A stretch of 64,000 bases of DNA. It comes from Candidatus Nitrosotenuis sp. GTDB lineage: Archaea > Thermoproteota > Nitrososphaeria > Nitrososphaerales > Nitrosopumilaceae. Under the pieces are notes generated by a model. That model was not told the DNA's origin. It saw only the letters and a list, made by a program, of their open reading frames with translations, and did no database searches. A program made the position numbers and the translations under genes. The DNA lies in NCBI GenBank assembly GCA_016844685.1, contig JAENJF010000001.1:2205-66204 (forward strand), given 5' to 3'. Positions 1 through 10,231 of this stretch are shown here, piece after piece (position 1 is the first letter of the stretch; each line of letters starts with the position of its first letter).

Positions 1-2
1 AA

Positions 3-1493
3 GGCGTACTTTTGTACGGACCTCCAGGCACGGGAAAAACCCTTCTTGCAAAGGCAGTAGCAGGCGAAACAAACGCTCACTTTACGTCAATTTCCGGCCC
101 TGAAATCTTTGGAAAATACTATGGTGAAAGTGAGGAAAGACTACGTGATGTATTCAAGCAGGCAGAGGAAAACACTCCAAGCATAATATTTATCGATGAA
201 ATTGATTCCATTGCGCCAAAACGCGATGAGGTATCAGGCGAGGTAGAAAAAAGAATTGTCTCCCAGCTTTTGACATTAATGGATGGAATGAAGGCAAGAG
301 GCAAAGTAGTAGTGATTGCCGCAACAAACAGACCTGATTCAATTGACCCAGCACTTAGAAGACCTGGACGATTTGACAGAGAAATTGAAATTGGAATTCC
401 GGACGAAGAAGGAAGATTAGAAATCCTAAACATCCACACACGTGGAATGCCAGTTGAGGAAAAGGTAAACCTAAAACAAATTGCTAGAGTAACACATGGA
501 TTTGTAGGTGCGGATTTGGAGGTACTAGCAAAAGAAGCTGCAATGCGATCACTTCGAAAAATCTTGCCTGAAATTGATCTATCTCAAGACAAGATTTCAT
601 CTGAGATATTACAGAAAATCAAAATAACAGATGAAGATTTCAAAGATGCGTTAAAAGAGGTAAAACCATCCGCGCTAAGAGAAGTCTTAGTAGAGATACC
701 AAACGTAACATGGGATGACGTAGGGGGATTGGAATCGCTCAAAGAGGAATTGCGCGAGGCAATCGAGTGGCCGCTAAAGCATAAGGAGGCATTTGCGTAT
801 GTCGATGTTGCAGCACCAAAGGGAATTCTCTTGCACGGTCCACCAGGTACTGGAAAGACTTTGATCGCAAAGGCAATTGCAAAGATGACTGAATCTAACT
901 TTATCAGTGTAAAGGGTCCTGAGCTTTTGTCAAAATGGGTTGGTGAATCAGAAAAGGGAGTACGAGAAATCTTCAGAAAGGCAAGGCAAGCTGCACCATG
1001 TATCATATTCTTTGATGAAATAGATGCACTCGTTCCAACAAGAAGCGGAATGGACTCTTCGCATGTTTCAGAAAATGTAGTATCACAAATACTTACAGAG
1101 ATTGACGGCCTAGAAGAACTAAACGACGTACTGGTAATTGGCGCAACAAACAGGCTAGATATAGTAGATTCTGCATTGTTGAGACCGGGAAGATTTGACA
1201 GAATAATCGAGGTTCCAAAACCAGATGCAAAGGGACGAAAACACATCTTTGAGATTCACACAAAGAAAAAGCCGCTTGAATCAGATGTGAATTTGGCAAA
1301 GGTTGTAGACATGACAAACGGATACAGTGGTGCAGAGATTGCTGCAGTCTGTGACAGAGCTGCATTTTCTGCACTAAAACGCTATATCAACGAGAAAAAG
1401 TTAGTCAAAGAAATCAAGATTACCCAGAATGATCTAGTAGACGCAGTTCGAAAAGTTCGAATTGCTCCGACAGCTACATCAGCAGTAGCTTAA
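3..1493 (+). CDS. cdc48: CDC48/VCP-family AAA+ ATPase (5' end outside window)
   Basis: Two AAA modules: GPPGTGKT Walker A twice, [16 protein letters not shown] Walker B, ATNRPD/ATNRLD and LRPGRFD. The frame is open to the window edge. Confidence 0.95.
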   Translation, partial: GVLLYGPPGTGKTLLAKAVAGETNAHFTSISGPEIFGKYYGESEERLRDVFKQAEENTPSIIFIDEIDSIAPKRDEVSGEVEKRIVSQLLTLMDGMKARGKVVVIAATNRPDSIDPALRRPGRFDREIEIGIPDEEGRLEILNIHTRGMPVEEKVNLKQIARVTHGFVGADLEVLAKEAAMRSLRKILPEIDLSQDKISSEILQKIKITDEDFKDALKEVKPSALREVLVEIPNVTWDDVGGLESLKEELREAIEWPLKHKEAFAYVDVAAPKGILLHGPPGTGKTLIAKAIAKMTESNFISVKGPELLSKWVGESEKGVREIFRKARQAAPCIIFFDEIDALVPTRSGMDSSHVSENVVSQILTEIDGLEELNDVLVIGATNRLDIVDSALLRPGRFDRIIEVPKPDAKGRKHIFEIHTKKKPLESDVNLAKVVDMTNGYSGAEIAAVCDRAAFSALKRYINEKKLVKEIKITQNDLVDAVRKVRIAPTATSAVA

Positions 1494-1521
1494 TCTTTTC
1501 CTTTTTCTAATTTGAGATAAT

Positions 1522-1704
1522 TTGAAAATTCTAGTAGTTTCCATCATATCTTTTCTTTTAGGAATTGCTCTCTTTGCAATTGAGCCATATTTTCATGACT
1601 ATGAAATTCATGTTTATTTTATTGCACTCGGATTGACGGCGGGAGGGTTGATGGGAATTGGAGTTTTTCTTATATTCAGACAATTTGTGCCACAGAGAAA
1701 TTGA
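1522..1704 (+). CDS. small membrane protein (two hydrophobic helices)
   Basis: 60-aa ORF with two TM-like segments, TTG start, fills an intergenic gap. Confidence 0.6.
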   Translation: MKILVVSIISFLLGIALFAIEPYFHDYEIHVYFIALGLTAGGLMGIGVFLIFRQFVPQRN

Positions 1705-1787
1705 ATTTGCATCAAAAATGCTCATGCCAAAACTAGCTCAGTTACCACTGTCAGTTAATAATTAAAAAGAAATTATGATGACTGAAC

Positions 1788-2087
1788 TTAATCGATGAGT
1801 TCAGTCCAACCCTTAACGAAGACTGAGTTCTTGTACAGAGGAACTGGTTGACCTACAGTAAAGTCCATTGGTCTCATCCAGAAGATTGCTTTTGTTGGGC
1901 AAACTCCAATGCATGCTCCGTCAGAGATGCATCTTTCTGGGTAAAAGACAAATGCCTTTCCTCTTTTCCAGCCTTCGACTGGTTTTACTCTAAGTACATC
2001 TGGTCCCAAGGTTGTGCAGATTTCAACGCATAGTGCGCATCCGATGCACATTTGTTCACCAATGTCTGGTAAAATTGCTACTGGCAT
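1788..2087 (-). CDS. dicluster Fe-S ferredoxin
   Basis: CIGCALCVEIC and CISDGACIGVCP cluster-binding motifs. Confidence 0.92.
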   Translation of the reverse strand: MPVAILPDIGEQMCIGCALCVEICTTLGPDVLRVKPVEGWKRGKAFVFYPERCISDGACIGVCPTKAIFWMRPMDFTVGQPVPLYKNSVFVKGWTELID

Positions 2088-2144
2088 TTTATTTCAAATT
2101 AACTTGATTTTAGATCTTAATATAATTTCCCTAAAAAGTTCGAA

Positions 2145-2181
2145 TTATAACGGCGTTAGACAATTTTTAACGCTGTTATAA
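2145..2181. promoter_or_regulatory. 14-bp inverted repeat upstream of the ferredoxin gene (operator or hairpin)
   Basis: TTATAACGGCGTTA-N9-TAACGCTGTTATAA, 13 of 14 positions complementary. Confidence 0.5.
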
Positions 2182-2219
2182 AATTCTGATCGCTAAATTC
2201 GATTTTTTAAAATCATATC

Positions 2220-2792
2220 CTAAAACAAATCAAGATGAGATAACTTCAATATGGATTTTTTTGAATTATTTTGATCGAATAATGTAAGATAAAATTCCGA
2301 GTCTTGTTTTTGTAGAACCAGCCGATTCATTTTGTTGATTTCAATTACATGACGCCCAATAGCTAACAAAACCCAGCCTTTTGTTTTTTGTCCAATGCTA
2401 ACAAGAAGCATGATAAAGCTGTTAATCAGTCTACCAGCATCTTTTTCATTCGTGAATATGTTGTAGAATCCGTTTAGTGAATCAATTATAATGATATGTT
2501 GTTCTTTTGATATTTCGTCTAGTATTTGCACAAGCAATGTATTCCATGTTTGCTCTGATGGTTGGTATAGTCTCAGGTTCTCGGATTGCGGTAAAATATT
2601 TGATGCTACATATCCACTGTATAACAGATCAAAATCAAGATAGATTGTTGGAATGTCTATAGTGGAAATCAATTTGTGAAAAAAATATGTCTTTGTTATT
2701 GCGTCATCAAATGATATAGAGTTGAGACTTTGAGAAAAAATCATCTCTTGGATCTTTTCTATGATACCGGTCTGATGATTTTTATGCAACAA
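2220..2792 (-). CDS. hypothetical protein, degenerate RecA/KaiC-like fold
   Basis: IYLDFD and IIIIDSLNGF (Walker B-like) motifs; no intact Walker A. Confidence 0.55.
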   Translation of the reverse strand: MLHKNHQTGIIEKIQEMIFSQSLNSISFDDAITKTYFFHKLISTIDIPTIYLDFDLLYSGYVASNILPQSENLRLYQPSEQTWNTLLVQILDEISKEQHIIIIDSLNGFYNIFTNEKDAGRLINSFIMLLVSIGQKTKGWVLLAIGRHVIEINKMNRLVLQKQDSEFYLTLFDQNNSKKSILKLSHLDLF

Positions 2793-2818
2793 CTAATAGT
2801 TCTTTGTGAGATATAATA

Positions 2819-3970
2819 ATGAATTTCGATTTGGATACAGCCGGCGCATTTATCAGCTCAGACAAGACCTACCTGAATAACGCCTCGTCGTCCTTAATTC
2901 CCCTAAAAAGCATCAAGGCCATGACTGATTTTATCATACAATACAACGAATTAGGACCTGATTCAATTGATTTTGGTATTGAGCTTGCAGAAAAATACAA
3001 TCAGCTAAGACAAACCATTTCCAAATTGATACGATGCAGGCCAGAAGAAGTAATTCTAACCCAGAGTACGACTGAGGGAATCAATATGGTTGCAAGCGGA
3101 TTGTCTTTTCCAAAAAATTCCAATATTGTAATCAGAGGAACCACACATGAACATCACTCTAATTATTATCCGTGGTTACGCCTTGCTAAATCAGTCGAAT
3201 TACGAAGTGTGTCTGCTGATACAAATGGCTTTTTTAAAATCTCCGAATTTGAAAAACTAATAGATGGTAACACCAGAGTAGTTGCACTGAGTCACGCATT
3301 GTACAATACGGGGGCAATCATGCCAGTTGAGGAAATCGGCAAAATTCTTGAAGAGAAAAACATTCCATACTTTTTAGATGCGGCACAAACAGTTGGATGT
3401 ATTGGGGATTATGATTTTAGTAGAACAAAATGCAATTTTATGGCCTTTAACGGTTACAAGTGGCTCTGCGGTCCAATGGGGATTGGAATCTTTTACTGCA
3501 AAAAAGATTCTGCTAATTTGCTTGAACCAATACAGATTGGCGGAGAATCGGCAATGATATATGACAATGACAAAATAGCATACAAGGATATTCCTGACAA
3601 ATTTCAGGCAGGATTTAGAAATTATGCCGCAATTGTAGGACTGGAAACATCTGTTTCGTATTTGTTACATCTTGGATTGGACAATATAAGGAAAAAAATC
3701 ATCAGTCTGGCAAACTTGCTCAGAGATGAAATCGCAAAAATTCCAGATGTTACTTTGTATGGCCCTGAAGATCAGGAAAAAAGAACCAGCATTATGGCAT
3801 TTTCTATTGGCAAAAAATCACCACAGGAAATAGTGGAACATCTAGAAAAACGAAGCATTGTTTTGGCAGTAAGGGAGATATCAGATACAAAAATCGTACG
3901 TGCAGCGCCCCACTTTTTTAACACAGAAACGGATATTCTAAGAACGGTTGACACAATAAAGAAGCTATAG
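2819..3970 (+). CDS. class V PLP aminotransferase / cysteine desulfurase-like
   Basis: YLNNASSS, TTEGIN, EHHSN, DAAQ, GYKWLCGPMGIG (PLP Lys). Confidence 0.88.
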   Translation: MNFDLDTAGAFISSDKTYLNNASSSLIPLKSIKAMTDFIIQYNELGPDSIDFGIELAEKYNQLRQTISKLIRCRPEEVILTQSTTEGINMVASGLSFPKNSNIVIRGTTHEHHSNYYPWLRLAKSVELRSVSADTNGFFKISEFEKLIDGNTRVVALSHALYNTGAIMPVEEIGKILEEKNIPYFLDAAQTVGCIGDYDFSRTKCNFMAFNGYKWLCGPMGIGIFYCKKDSANLLEPIQIGGESAMIYDNDKIAYKDIPDKFQAGFRNYAAIVGLETSVSYLLHLGLDNIRKKIISLANLLRDEIAKIPDVTLYGPEDQEKRTSIMAFSIGKKSPQEIVEHLEKRSIVLAVREISDTKIVRAAPHFFNTETDILRTVDTIKKL

Positions 3971-4225
3971 GCTTTCTTGTTCTTCGATTACCATCATGGT
4001 AAGAGTGGATTGGACTCTATCGATTTTTCTTATTTTGTTTGTGATGATGCTTCTTAGGTGGTCTGGATTGTCTGCCTCTATTTTGACTACTATATCATAG
4101 ATTCCATAGACTCCCTGGACATCAAACTTGATGCCCTTTTCGACGCCAAGAATCTCTTTTAGCTTTACGATGATTTCCTGGTCAGAACCCAGATCAGAGT
4201 TCAAAAGAATGAATGCGGTTGGCAA
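3965..4225 (-). CDS. Lrp/AsnC ligand-binding-domain protein
   Basis: AFILLN...GVYGIYDIVVKIEA...IRKIDRVQSTLTM pattern; stand-alone RAM domain. Confidence 0.85.
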   Translation of the reverse strand: MPTAFILLNSDLGSDQEIIVKLKEILGVEKGIKFDVQGVYGIYDIVVKIEADNPDHLRSIITNKIRKIDRVQSTLTMMVIEEQESL

Positions 4226-4283
4226 TGTAGAAGTATTTTGGATGGGTGTTATTTAATATCTTTGATCAATTGTCAAATAGAAC

Positions 4284-4943
4284 TTGGATTCTAGAATTTT
4301 TGTGAAGCCAGTAGACCTCACACTAACAATTTCACAAAACATCCCTAGTTTTCCAGGATCACCCAAGCCTCACTTTATCCCATGGGCTGAAATCAAAAAA
4401 GATCGGTATAATCTAGAGATGCTTTTTTTGAGTACCCATACTGGAACTCATGTTGATGCGCCGTATCATTTTATAAAAAATGGCAAAAAAATTCACCAAA
4501 TTGAACCAAGTAGATTTCTGTGTAATGCCATTTTGATCAAAGTTAAAGGAGTACCAAACTATAAAGTCACAAAAAACGACATCATACAATTTGAGAGCAA
4601 AAACGGCTCAATTCCTGCAGAATCCGCAGTCATCTTCAATACAGGATGGAATGAGAATTTGTCAAAAAAGGACTTTTTTGAGAAAAATCCAGGCTTGTCA
4701 GCATCTGCTGCAAAATACCTATCCTCCAAGAAAATAAGCCTTGTTGGGATTGATTCTCCAAGTATTGACATTGGTTCGGATGTATCTTTTTCAGTTCACA
4801 AAATACTGCTAAAATCAGATATTTTGATTTTAGAAAATCTCTGCAACCTTGATAAAATCAAAAAGATACACTTTGGAATTATCGCATTGCCGCTAAAGCT
4901 TCATGGGGCAACCGGCTCTCCTGTTCGCGCAGTTGCGTTTTAG
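4284..4943 (+). CDS. cyclase family protein (kynurenine formamidase-like)
   Basis: HTGTHVDAPYH metal motif, GIDSPSID, ILENL, GSPVRAVA. Confidence 0.9.
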   Translation: MDSRIFVKPVDLTLTISQNIPSFPGSPKPHFIPWAEIKKDRYNLEMLFLSTHTGTHVDAPYHFIKNGKKIHQIEPSRFLCNAILIKVKGVPNYKVTKNDIIQFESKNGSIPAESAVIFNTGWNENLSKKDFFEKNPGLSASAAKYLSSKKISLVGIDSPSIDIGSDVSFSVHKILLKSDILILENLCNLDKIKKIHFGIIALPLKLHGATGSPVRAVAF

Positions 4944-6004
4944 ACTACAAACTGGAATCTGTTTCTTTTGTATTTTTTGTCTAGTGGTCCAATAATTGGA
5001 ATTTGCTTTGAGCAAAACTTGCACCTATTGTGCTCATCTAGATTCCATTGCGTGATGTCAAATCCATATCTTCCAACTGCTATGTTTTTGCACTCTGGGC
5101 AGTATGTGTGCTCGTATTTGTGTCCTGGAGTGTTTCCCAAGTATACATATTCTAGTCCTTCTTTTTTTGCAATTTCATAATGTTTTTCCAAAGTTTCGAT
5201 TGGAGTTGGTGGAAATTCCATCATCTTGTAGTCTGGATGAAATCTCAAAAAGTGAATTGGCATTTCCGGCCCAAATTCATCGTATACAAATTTGGATAAT
5301 TTTTTTGCATGCTCCAAACTATCTCCTACCTGTGGCACAATTAGATCCGTTATCTCAACATGAATTTTGGTCTTGTCCCTGATCTCTACGAGCGAGTCAA
5401 AGATTGGTTTTGGGTCTGGAATACCAATGTATTTTCTTGTAAATTCTGGTTCTGCACTTCCCTTAAAGTCAACTGTGATGCAGTCTAAAAATTCCCCCAT
5501 CATTTTTACAGTCTGTGGAGTATCGTAACCGTTTGATACAAAGACATTGAACAGGCCTTTTTTTCTTGCAGCAATGCCACAATCACGTGCAAACTCGATG
5601 AAAATTGAGGGCTCGTTGTAGGTATATGCGATTCCATCTGCTCCACAAGATACAGCAGATTCTGCCACCTGTTCTGGCGTCATGTCGGTTCCCTCTACTT
5701 TTCTTCGCTGGGAAATGTCAAAATTTTGACAATACTTACAAAGCCAATTACAGCCAGTTGTTGCTATTGAAAATATTTTGGTTCCAGGTCTATAATGAAT
5801 CACTGGTTTTTTTTCAATTGGATCAACGTTTCCTACAATTACTTTGCCATAGACAAAGAGCTCCAGCTTGCCGCCAACATTTCCCCTAACTCCACAAAGG
5901 CCTATCTGGGAATCTTTGATCTCACAGTATCTAGCACATGCAGTACACCTTACCTTGTTATCAGGTAACTTTTCATAAAGAATTGCCTCTTTGCTCAAAA
6001 CCAC
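4940..6004 (-). CDS. amrS: AmmeMemoRadiSam system radical SAM enzyme
   Basis: N-terminal CxxCxxxC...GLCGVR, DPIEKKP, radical SAM CNWLCKYCQN, YTYNEP, RFHPDY. Confidence 0.88.
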   Translation of the reverse strand: MVLSKEAILYEKLPDNKVRCTACARYCEIKDSQIGLCGVRGNVGGKLELFVYGKVIVGNVDPIEKKPVIHYRPGTKIFSIATTGCNWLCKYCQNFDISQRRKVEGTDMTPEQVAESAVSCGADGIAYTYNEPSIFIEFARDCGIAARKKGLFNVFVSNGYDTPQTVKMMGEFLDCITVDFKGSAEPEFTRKYIGIPDPKPIFDSLVEIRDKTKIHVEITDLIVPQVGDSLEHAKKLSKFVYDEFGPEMPIHFLRFHPDYKMMEFPPTPIETLEKHYEIAKKEGLEYVYLGNTPGHKYEHTYCPECKNIAVGRYGFDITQWNLDEHNRCKFCSKQIPIIGPLDKKYKRNRFQFVV

Positions 6005-6074
6005 ATTATTACGTTAATTTGTAATATAAAGAGAGCTCACCGTCTAAATATGTGAAAAACACCATACAGTTCAA

Positions 6075-6572
6075 ATGAGCAAGCCTGGGAATCTTTGGCG
6101 CAAAATCCACGGCAAGATAACAAAAAGACCGACAAACTTTTCGTGGCTGATTGAAAACAAACTAGCTGGATGTGGAATGCCGACAAGCTTTGAGGAAATG
6201 AGCTGGATTCGAAATCAGGGCGTCAGATCAATTGTAACAATGACAGAAGACAGTCTTCCTAATTCCTGGCTAGACGAAATGGAATATTTGCATGTACCAA
6301 CAGAAGACCTAGCAGCGCCAGACCTTGAGAAAATCGACAGTGCAGTTGATTACATCAATGAGCGAATCAAAGACAAAGAGCCAGTAATGGTGCATTGTGC
6401 CGCAGGAATTGGAAGGACTGGAACTATTTTGGCAAGCTATTTGATCAAATACCAAAAAATGACTGCAAAGGATGCAATCGAAAAAGTAAGAAATGAAAGG
6501 CCCGGTTCAGTTCAGTCAGATATACAGGAAATGGCAGTATCCATGTATGAAAAATATCTAAACCACAAGTGA
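6075..6572 (+). CDS. dual-specificity protein phosphatase
   Basis: HCAAGIGRTGT CX5R active-site loop. Confidence 0.92.
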   Translation: MSKPGNLWRKIHGKITKRPTNFSWLIENKLAGCGMPTSFEEMSWIRNQGVRSIVTMTEDSLPNSWLDEMEYLHVPTEDLAAPDLEKIDSAVDYINERIKDKEPVMVHCAAGIGRTGTILASYLIKYQKMTAKDAIEKVRNERPGSVQSDIQEMAVSMYEKYLNHK

Positions 6573-6590
6573 CTAAATAAAAAATTATAT

Positions 6591-6743
6591 TTATTCTGGA
6601 ATTGAGATGGTGTCTATTTTTCCATCTATTAGTTTGATAAACAGAAATCGATTGTCCTTGAAAATTAGAGTGATGCCCCCCTCCGAATCTGGCTCTTCTA
6701 CTTCAAGTACGGGCTGGCCCAAAAGCCCATCATATTTTGCCAT
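6591..6743 (-). CDS. small hypothetical protein (50 aa; not in ORF track)
   Basis: Hand translation MAKYDGLLGQPVLEVEEPDSEGGITLIFKDNRFLFIKLIDGKIDTISIPE; ATG start, protein-like composition, co-oriented with the upstream gene. Confidence 0.7.
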   Translation of the reverse strand: MAKYDGLLGQPVLEVEEPDSEGGITLIFKDNRFLFIKLIDGKIDTISIPE

Positions 6744-6818
6744 GGGTTTTGTTGACTTTTTCTGTTTTATATCCTTAATGACTCTGTCAAATCTACTGTT
6801 GATTGATTTGACGATTCC

Positions 6819-7355
6819 TTAATTGATTTTTATTTCAATTTCCTTTGCGCTTGATTTGACATTGTCTGGTTCGGTATAGTTGTGTTTTTGCCAGGAAGCA
6901 TACACTTCTGCTCCAATCTTGTGTTTTCCTACTCCAAGCTCAGATGCCTTAAAGGTCAACTTTTCTTCAAAGTCAAACAGCTCTTGTCGTACCTCGTCTT
7001 CTGTTAGTCTAATGATGGGCTCGAAGTTTTTTGCTACCTGTACCCAGACTCTTTTTTCTTTCATTGGGTTTACAAGTTTTGGATTGCGCGTCCAAAAAAG
7101 CGAGGCCTTTCTGTAGGTATCGACTGATTTTAGCTCGTGCTTTCTAAATCCCCCTGAGGCCAGTTTTATTCCGTATTTTAGCTTGAATAGGTTATCATAT
7201 TTGTTGTAAGATTCTGTCCAGTTTTTTTCATTAAATGCGTCTCTTAGCCCACCTTGAATTGAAAATTTGACTCCGATTGTGATTTCGTCGTCTTGTGAAT
7301 ATTCTTCCTTGTCCGGTGCGAGACTAATGTCTGATAGTGTACTTTCGCTTCCCAT
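6819..7355 (-). CDS. hypothetical protein
   Basis: ORF 6819..7412; start moved to ATG 7355 (MGSESTLSD) to avoid overlapping the divergent rpoL. Confidence 0.75.
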   Translation of the reverse strand: MGSESTLSDISLAPDKEEYSQDDEITIGVKFSIQGGLRDAFNEKNWTESYNKYDNLFKLKYGIKLASGGFRKHELKSVDTYRKASLFWTRNPKLVNPMKEKRVWVQVAKNFEPIIRLTEDEVRQELFDFEEKLTFKASELGVGKHKIGAEVYASWQKHNYTEPDNVKSSAKEIEIKIN

Positions 7356-7400
7356 AATCCAACAATGATTTATATCCGCAATAAGTGGTTTTCCGATAGA

Positions 7401-7679
7401 ATGAATGCCCAAATAATCAAATCCTCTACAAAGGAGACAAGCATCTCACTAAAGGGATCTGATATTGGTACCTTGTACATAGTGCAGCACGAGCTACTAA
7501 AGGACCAGCAGGTTGATTTTGCAGGGGTAATTCTGAAACATCCCCTTACAAACGAGTACTGGATGCGTGTAAATGCAAAGGGCAGCCCAATAAAAGAAAT
7601 AGTAAAGGCTACAGATTCGGCAATTGGATTTGCAAGCCAAATGAAACAACTTGTTCATTCAAAATTCAAAGGTGTTTAA
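7401..7679 (+). CDS. rpoL: RNA polymerase subunit Rpo11/RpoL
   Basis: ELLKDQQVDFAGVILKHPL motif; directly upstream of TFS; start taken at MNAQII. Confidence 0.85.
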   Translation: MNAQIIKSSTKETSISLKGSDIGTLYIVQHELLKDQQVDFAGVILKHPLTNEYWMRVNAKGSPIKEIVKATDSAIGFASQMKQLVHSKFKGV

Positions 7680-7979
7680 ATGCAGTTTTGCCCCAAGTGC
7701 GGCATACGACTAAAGAAGGGAAGTTGTCAGAAATGCGGCCATACAGAAGGCGAAACAAAACAAGATACAAAAAGGAAACCCAAGTTACAAAAATCAGAGT
7801 TAACAATTTTAGATGAAACCGAACCCAAGCAAACTTTACCAACAATAACAATAGATTGTGAAAAATGCGGCCATACAGAAGCTGTCTGGTGGATGTTGCA
7901 GACAAGAAGTGCAGATGAGCCAACAACACAATTTTATCGTTGCATACAATGTAACCATACCTGGCGCAACTACGCATAA
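7680..7979 (+). CDS. tfs: transcription factor S (TFS)
   Basis: MQFCPKCG N-terminal ribbon; C-terminal ribbon with QTRSADEP acidic hairpin. Confidence 0.95.
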   Translation: MQFCPKCGIRLKKGSCQKCGHTEGETKQDTKRKPKLQKSELTILDETEPKQTLPTITIDCEKCGHTEAVWWMLQTRSADEPTTQFYRCIQCNHTWRNYA

Positions 7980-8015
7980 CGTTTAACTGGAAGCTTCAAG
8001 ACATTTCATTTAGCT

Positions 8016-8759
8016 TTGGTATTTTCAGCTAGAACAAGCGGATCAGATGAATGGAAGGCAATACTTTCAGCAATTTCCACACTAGTAGAAGAAGCAACTT
8101 TTGAAGCTACCGCAGAAGGAATTTCATTTAGAGGAATGGATCCATCGCACGTTGCATTAATTGATATTTCTTGGCCAAATTCTGCTTTTGAAAAATACGA
8201 ATGTGACGGTGACATAAAATTTGGTGTAAGAATTGACGAATTCTCAAAATTAATCAAAAGATCAGACAAAACAGAAGGAATTGAGATTAGTCTTTTAGAC
8301 AACATGTTATGGATATCAATTGGAAAAAATAAACAGTACAAGATGAGGCTAATTGAGAGCTCTGCAACAGACACGCCGCTACCAAAGATTCCATATGATA
8401 CAAGGATTACTTTGGCAACTAGTCTGTTTGATAAAATTCTTGGAGATGTTCAAGTTGTTTCCGATTATCTGACAGTAAAGACAAATGCTACAAAATCAGA
8501 ATTTTCAGGTAAAGGCGATTCTGGCGAAGTGCTAATATCGCTCCAAAAACAGCAGGATGAGCTATCCGAAATTTCAGTAAAAGAGGAAAGCACTGGCACT
8601 TACAGCCTCGAATACCTAAATCCAATAGTAAAGGCAGTAGGCACAGCCTCAGGCTCAATTGTTTGTGAGTATTCATCTGCCAAGCCGTTGCGTATAGAAT
8701 TCAAGGTGGCAAACATGGGACGAATCCATTTTTACCTAGCACCACGAGTCGAAAGTTAA
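8016..8759 (+). CDS. pcn: DNA polymerase sliding clamp PCNA
   Basis: MDPSHVALID, YSLEYL, C-terminal FYLAPR. Confidence 0.96.
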   Translation: MVFSARTSGSDEWKAILSAISTLVEEATFEATAEGISFRGMDPSHVALIDISWPNSAFEKYECDGDIKFGVRIDEFSKLIKRSDKTEGIEISLLDNMLWISIGKNKQYKMRLIESSATDTPLPKIPYDTRITLATSLFDKILGDVQVVSDYLTVKTNATKSEFSGKGDSGEVLISLQKQQDELSEISVKEESTGTYSLEYLNPIVKAVGTASGSIVCEYSSAKPLRIEFKVANMGRIHFYLAPRVES

Positions 8760-8782
8760 AAGCATTTAAGGTTTAGAATCAA

Positions 8783-10198
8783 ATGACAACTAGTTTGAGA
8801 TTAGTAGTAAAGTTTGGCGGAACTTCGATTTCTACTGCAAAAAATATCAAAGATGTTGCCAAGTTTATCCATTCACTTTCCAAAAAAAATCAAGTTGCAG
8901 TGGTTTGCTCTGCAGTAAATGATGTAACTGATCAGCTACTTGATATTTCAGAATTTATACAAAAGGGAAACAAGGGTTCTGCAAATTCTCTGATGCTCAA
9001 AATAATAAAACTGCACAAGCAGCTTGCAAAGGATTCTGTTTCAAACCAAAAGATAAGAAAAAAGCTTTTTGAAAAACTGGATTCCAATTTATTAGAGCTT
9101 GAGGGGCTGCTTCATGGAATGATATTGTTGGGTGAGGTTACCCCAAGATCGCTTGACTACTTGATATCATTTGGAGAAAGGCTGTCAATTGAGATTGTTT
9201 CACATGCATTATTTGATCTAAAAGGCAAGGCAGTTACACTGACAGGAAAGGACGCAGGAATTGTAACTGATTCTAATTTTGGCTCATCAAAACCACTCAT
9301 GGATACAACAAGACTTAGGGTTTCAAAGACTTTAGAGCCCTTGCTTGAAAAGAAAACAGTTCCAGTGATCGGAGGCTTTGCAGGTGCAGATCAGCACGGA
9401 CATATCACAACCTTTGGCAGAGGTGGATCTGATTATACTGCAACAATCATCGCATCGTGCATCAAGGCAGATGAGGTTTGGCTGATGAGCGATGTTGATG
9501 GATTGATGAGTGCAGATCCAAAACTTGTCAAAAATGCAAAAGTGATACCAGAGGTCTCATACGTTGAGGCAATGGAGATGGCACTTTTTGGGGCAAAGCA
9601 AATTCACCCTCGCTCATTTGAGCCCCTCCTATCAAAGAAGATTCCAATGAGAATACGAAACACCTTCAATGTAGAAAATTCAGGAACTTTGGTTACTGCC
9701 ACGCCTGATGAGACTACAAACAGGACAGTCAAGTGTGTTAGTGCCATACGACATAATGGACTAATTGATGTTCGCGGTGAAAGTATGGTTGGTGCACCAG
9801 GTACTGCAGCTACGATATTTTCTCTTTTGGCAAAGGCAGGTGTGAATATAATGATGATTTCTCAGAGCCCATCAGAATCAAGCATTTCAATTGTGGTAAA
9901 GAAAAACGATCTTGACAAGGCAGTAAACACACTTGAGATGAATCTGCTTGGCAAGGTCATAAAGAAAATTGATGTTACAATAGACGTAGCAATAATAGCT
10001 CTAATTGGTTCTGGAATGCGAGGAATGATAGGTGTTGCCTCCAAAGTGTTTGGAGCTGCTGCAAGAAACAAGGTAAATGTTATCATGATTGCGCAGGGTT
10101 CATCTGAGCTTAACTTGGCATTTGTCGTAAAGGACAACGATTGTGAATCTGTTGTACAAGCGTTACATGATGAGTTCAATCTTGCAAATAAGGGTTGA
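8783..10198 (+). CDS. lysC: aspartate kinase
   Basis: VVKFGGTS, GRGGSDYTA, SDVDGLMSADP, C-terminal ACT domains. Confidence 0.95.
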   Translation: MTTSLRLVVKFGGTSISTAKNIKDVAKFIHSLSKKNQVAVVCSAVNDVTDQLLDISEFIQKGNKGSANSLMLKIIKLHKQLAKDSVSNQKIRKKLFEKLDSNLLELEGLLHGMILLGEVTPRSLDYLISFGERLSIEIVSHALFDLKGKAVTLTGKDAGIVTDSNFGSSKPLMDTTRLRVSKTLEPLLEKKTVPVIGGFAGADQHGHITTFGRGGSDYTATIIASCIKADEVWLMSDVDGLMSADPKLVKNAKVIPEVSYVEAMEMALFGAKQIHPRSFEPLLSKKIPMRIRNTFNVENSGTLVTATPDETTNRTVKCVSAIRHNGLIDVRGESMVGAPGTAATIFSLLAKAGVNIMMISQSPSESSISIVVKKNDLDKAVNTLEMNLLGKVIKKIDVTIDVAIIALIGSGMRGMIGVASKVFGAAARNKVNVIMIAQGSSELNLAFVVKDNDCESVVQALHDEFNLANKG

Positions 10199-10231
10199 AA
10201 AACTTAAAGATGTTAAGAATCTGGATCATTT

